Source: Actinomycetales bacterium (GTDB taxonomy: Bacteria; Actinomycetota; Actinomycetes; Actinomycetales; Micrococcaceae). Taken from it: a DNA stretch of 48,971 nucleotides. Shown piece by piece: positions 47,127 through 48,971 of this stretch (within the stretch, counting starts at the first letter, position 1; each line of letters opens with the position of its first letter). The position numbers and the translations under genes are program-made. The stretch covers positions 1 to 48,971 of the forward strand of contig JBIOFK010000001.1 of NCBI GenBank assembly GCA_044447065.1, given 5' to 3'. The notes beneath the pieces are model-generated. The model searched no databases. It saw only the letters and a list, made by a program, of their open reading frames with translations, and was not told where the DNA came from.

Positions 47127-47154
47127 AAACCTGTGACATCTGTTAAACCTGTGA
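47127..47154. promoter_or_regulatory. two direct copies of AAACCTGTGA, 18-nt period, in the copC / purine-permease divergent region
   Basis: AAACCTGTGA at 47127-47136 and 47145-47154, 37-64 nt upstream of the permease ATG. Confidence 0.4.
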
Positions 47155-47190
47155 ACCCTAACTATTGCATCCGTACCCGGGAGGAAACCC

Positions 47191-48696
47191 ATGGCCGCTC
47201 CGACCAAGAAGGCATCCGGCGCCAGTAACGCCCGACGTCCCAGCACGCGCCCGGAGGCAGGCCTGAGCCGGTTCGACCGCTACTTCCTCATCACCCAACG
47301 GGGCTCGACCCTGTCCCGCGAGATCCGGGGCGGTTTCGCCACGTTCTTCGCCATGAGCTACATCGTGGTGCTCAACCCGCTGATCCTCAGCGGCGCGGAT
47401 TCAGCCGGCGGCACGCTCGGGCTCGAGCGCGTGGCCGCGACCACGGCCTTCGTCGCGGGGATCCTGACCATCCTGATGGGCGCCTGGGCGAAGCACCCGT
47501 TCGCACTGGCCACGGGACTCGGCGTTAACGCGTTCGTGGCCGTGACGGTCGCCAGCCACCCGGGCCTGAGCTGGCCGGACATGATGGGACTGGTCCTTCT
47601 TGCCGGTGTCGCCATGCTCATCCTGGTGCTGACCGGATTCCGGACGGCGGTGTTCCACGCGGTTCCCGCGGGACTCAAGTCGGCCATCGTCGTCGGCATC
47701 GGACTGTTCATCGCGCTGATCGGCCTGGTCAACGCCGGCTTCGTCCGCCGCGTCCCCGACGTCGCGGGCACCACTGTCCCGGTGGGCCTCGGCTTTGACG
47801 GCAAGCTGCTGGGCTGGCCCACCCTGGTGTTCGTGGTGGGCCTGGTCCTGACCATCGCGCTGGTGGTCCGCAAGGTCAAGGGCGGTATCCTGATCGGCAT
47901 TATCGCCTCCACCGTGCTGGCCAACATCATCGAAGCCGTCGCCCACATCGGCCCGAGCGTCCAGCCAGGCAAGGCGTTCAACCCGCAGGGCTGGTCCCTC
48001 ATAGCACCGTCGCTGAGCGCGTGGGGCGCCCCGGACCTGTCCCTGATCGGCAAGGCCAATCCCTTCGGCGCCTTCGCGCACCTCGGCGCCATTTCGGCCA
48101 TCCTGCTGGCGTTCGTGATCCTGCTCAGCATTTTCTTCGACGCCATGGGCACCATGGTCGGGCTGGCCGGCGAGGCCGGCACCATCGACAAGAAGGGCAA
48201 CATTCCCAACGTGGACCGTGTGCTAATGGTGGATGCGTTCGGCGCGATCGCCGGCGGCGGTTCCTCGGTGTCCTCGAACCAGATCTATGTGGAGTCCGGC
48301 GCCGGGATCGGCGAGGGTGCCCGCACCGGCGTGGCGTCCATTGTCACCGGGATCCTGCTGCTGATCGCCATGTTCCTGACCCCGCTGGTGCATCTGGTCC
48401 CATTCGAAGCCGTCGCCCCGGCCCTGGTGGTGGTCGGGTTCATGATGGTGTCCCAGGTGGGCAAGATCGACTGGACCGACATCGGGATTGCCCTTCCGGC
48501 CTTCCTGACGTTCACCCTGATGCCGTTCACCTATTCCATCGCCAACGGCCTGGGTGCCGGCTTCATTGCGTTCGTGCTGATCCGCACGGTCCAGCGCCGC
48601 ACCAGGGACATCCACCCGCTGATGTGGGCCGTCGCCGCCGCGTTCCTGGTCTTCTTCGGTATCGGACCGATCGAGCAGCTGCTCGGGATCGGCTAG
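47191..48696 (+). CDS. NCS2 family permease (AzgA/PbuG-type adenine/guanine/hypoxanthine transporter)
   Basis: ORF 47191..48696: FDRYFLITQRGSTLSREIRGGFATFFAMSYIVVLNP, a multi-TM body and ESGAGIGEGARTG. GGAGGA RBS. Confidence 0.88.
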   Translation: MAAPTKKASGASNARRPSTRPEAGLSRFDRYFLITQRGSTLSREIRGGFATFFAMSYIVVLNPLILSGADSAGGTLGLERVAATTAFVAGILTILMGAWAKHPFALATGLGVNAFVAVTVASHPGLSWPDMMGLVLLAGVAMLILVLTGFRTAVFHAVPAGLKSAIVVGIGLFIALIGLVNAGFVRRVPDVAGTTVPVGLGFDGKLLGWPTLVFVVGLVLTIALVVRKVKGGILIGIIASTVLANIIEAVAHIGPSVQPGKAFNPQGWSLIAPSLSAWGAPDLSLIGKANPFGAFAHLGAISAILLAFVILLSIFFDAMGTMVGLAGEAGTIDKKGNIPNVDRVLMVDAFGAIAGGGSSVSSNQIYVESGAGIGEGARTGVASIVTGILLLIAMFLTPLVHLVPFEAVAPALVVVGFMMVSQVGKIDWTDIGIALPAFLTFTLMPFTYSIANGLGAGFIAFVLIRTVQRRTRDIHPLMWAVAAAFLVFFGIGPIEQLLGIG

Positions 48697-48816
48697 CCCC
48701 GCCTGCCCGGCCGCCGGCCCGCCGTCCGCCCCGCCGCCGGCACGGTGTCCGGGATGCGGGACGCGCGGTGGTGCCAGGCTATGGCGCCGCCATGCTTTTT
48801 GGTATGGGCTGGGGGA

Positions 48817-48971
48817 ATGCATCCTCCCAGCACCTCCGAGCTGTTGTCCGTCGACGTCGCGCCCCGGCCCTGGACCGGCCGCTTCGATGGCAGCGGGCCC
48901 GAACACCGGCGCTGGTGGCAGGCGGTTACCGCCTACGGGGCCTCTTCCGCGGTCCCGGCCTCCCCCGAGGC
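48817..48971 (+). CDS. 5' end (51 codons) of a gene running off the window; weak resemblance to N-termini of formimidoylglutamase/arginase-family proteins
   Basis: My own translation from ATG 48817 reads MHPPSTSELLSVDVAPRPWTGRFDGSGPEHRRWWQAVTAYGASSAVPASPE. The W.GR.D...RW.Q pattern recalls HutG N-termini. An in-frame ATG also exists at 48781. The fragment is too short to be sure. Confidence 0.3.
   Translation, partial: MHPPSTSELLSVDVAPRPWTGRFDGSGPEHRRWWQAVTAYGASSAVPASPE

Noticed and set aside
47068-47190. Purine (guanine/adenine) riboswitch upstream of the NCS2 permease
   Set aside because: The conserved UAUAAU...AUAUGG...GUUUCUACC...CCGUAAA...GACUAUG elements are absent, and the spacer is only 123 nt.

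Overview
High-GC actinobacterial chromosome segment. Hand counts of single 60-nt lines gave about 73 % GC in a typical gene and 50-57 % in the Fic gene. Gene content and protein sequences look Micrococcaceae-like (Arthrobacter/Pseudarthrobacter type), but this is inference only. I can support about 45 protein genes, one gene remnant and 3 tRNAs. I saw no rRNA, CRISPR, transposase or integrase.

Layout:
- purA (partial)
- SfnG-like LLM monooxygenase, metY and CoA-binding operon, followed by a MetE-like C-terminal remnant
- DUF3151 and fba
- secreted S53 peptidase
- TrmH-like methyltransferase, HAD-IIA hydrolase, pyrE
- an uninterrupted, co-directional minus-strand carbohydrate super-locus of about 19 kb (10856-29684)
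- nadE, xthA and one uncharacterised protein
- a third LacI regulator with a CUT1 sugar ABC operon and a GTGA-coupled mini membrane ORF
- a five-gene Asp23/AmaP envelope-stress operon
- a low-GC class-II Fic gene with an apparently frameshifted 3' end, next to tRNA-Glu/Asp/Phe
- a RipA-like NlpC/P60 hydrolase behind a 432-nt leader
- tandem USP, a mini flavoprotein, CopC, an NCS2 purine permease, and a partial arginase-family-like gene

The super-locus holds a gluconokinase::GH3 fusion, ManD, a GPH transporter, UxuB-like and UxaC genes, and LacI. It continues with a Gfo/Idh/MocA (GFO) oxidoreductase plus TIM-barrel pair, a peptide-type Opp/Dpp ABC importer, a second such pair, and a divergent LacI.

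Best candidate for an undescribed system: the LacI-controlled Opp/Dpp-type importer flanked by two GFO + TIM-barrel enzyme pairs. A 20-bp palindromic operator seen four times links it to the hexuronate module and to the unusual gluconokinase::GH3 fusion.

All functional calls come from reading the translated ORFs by eye. No database search was run.
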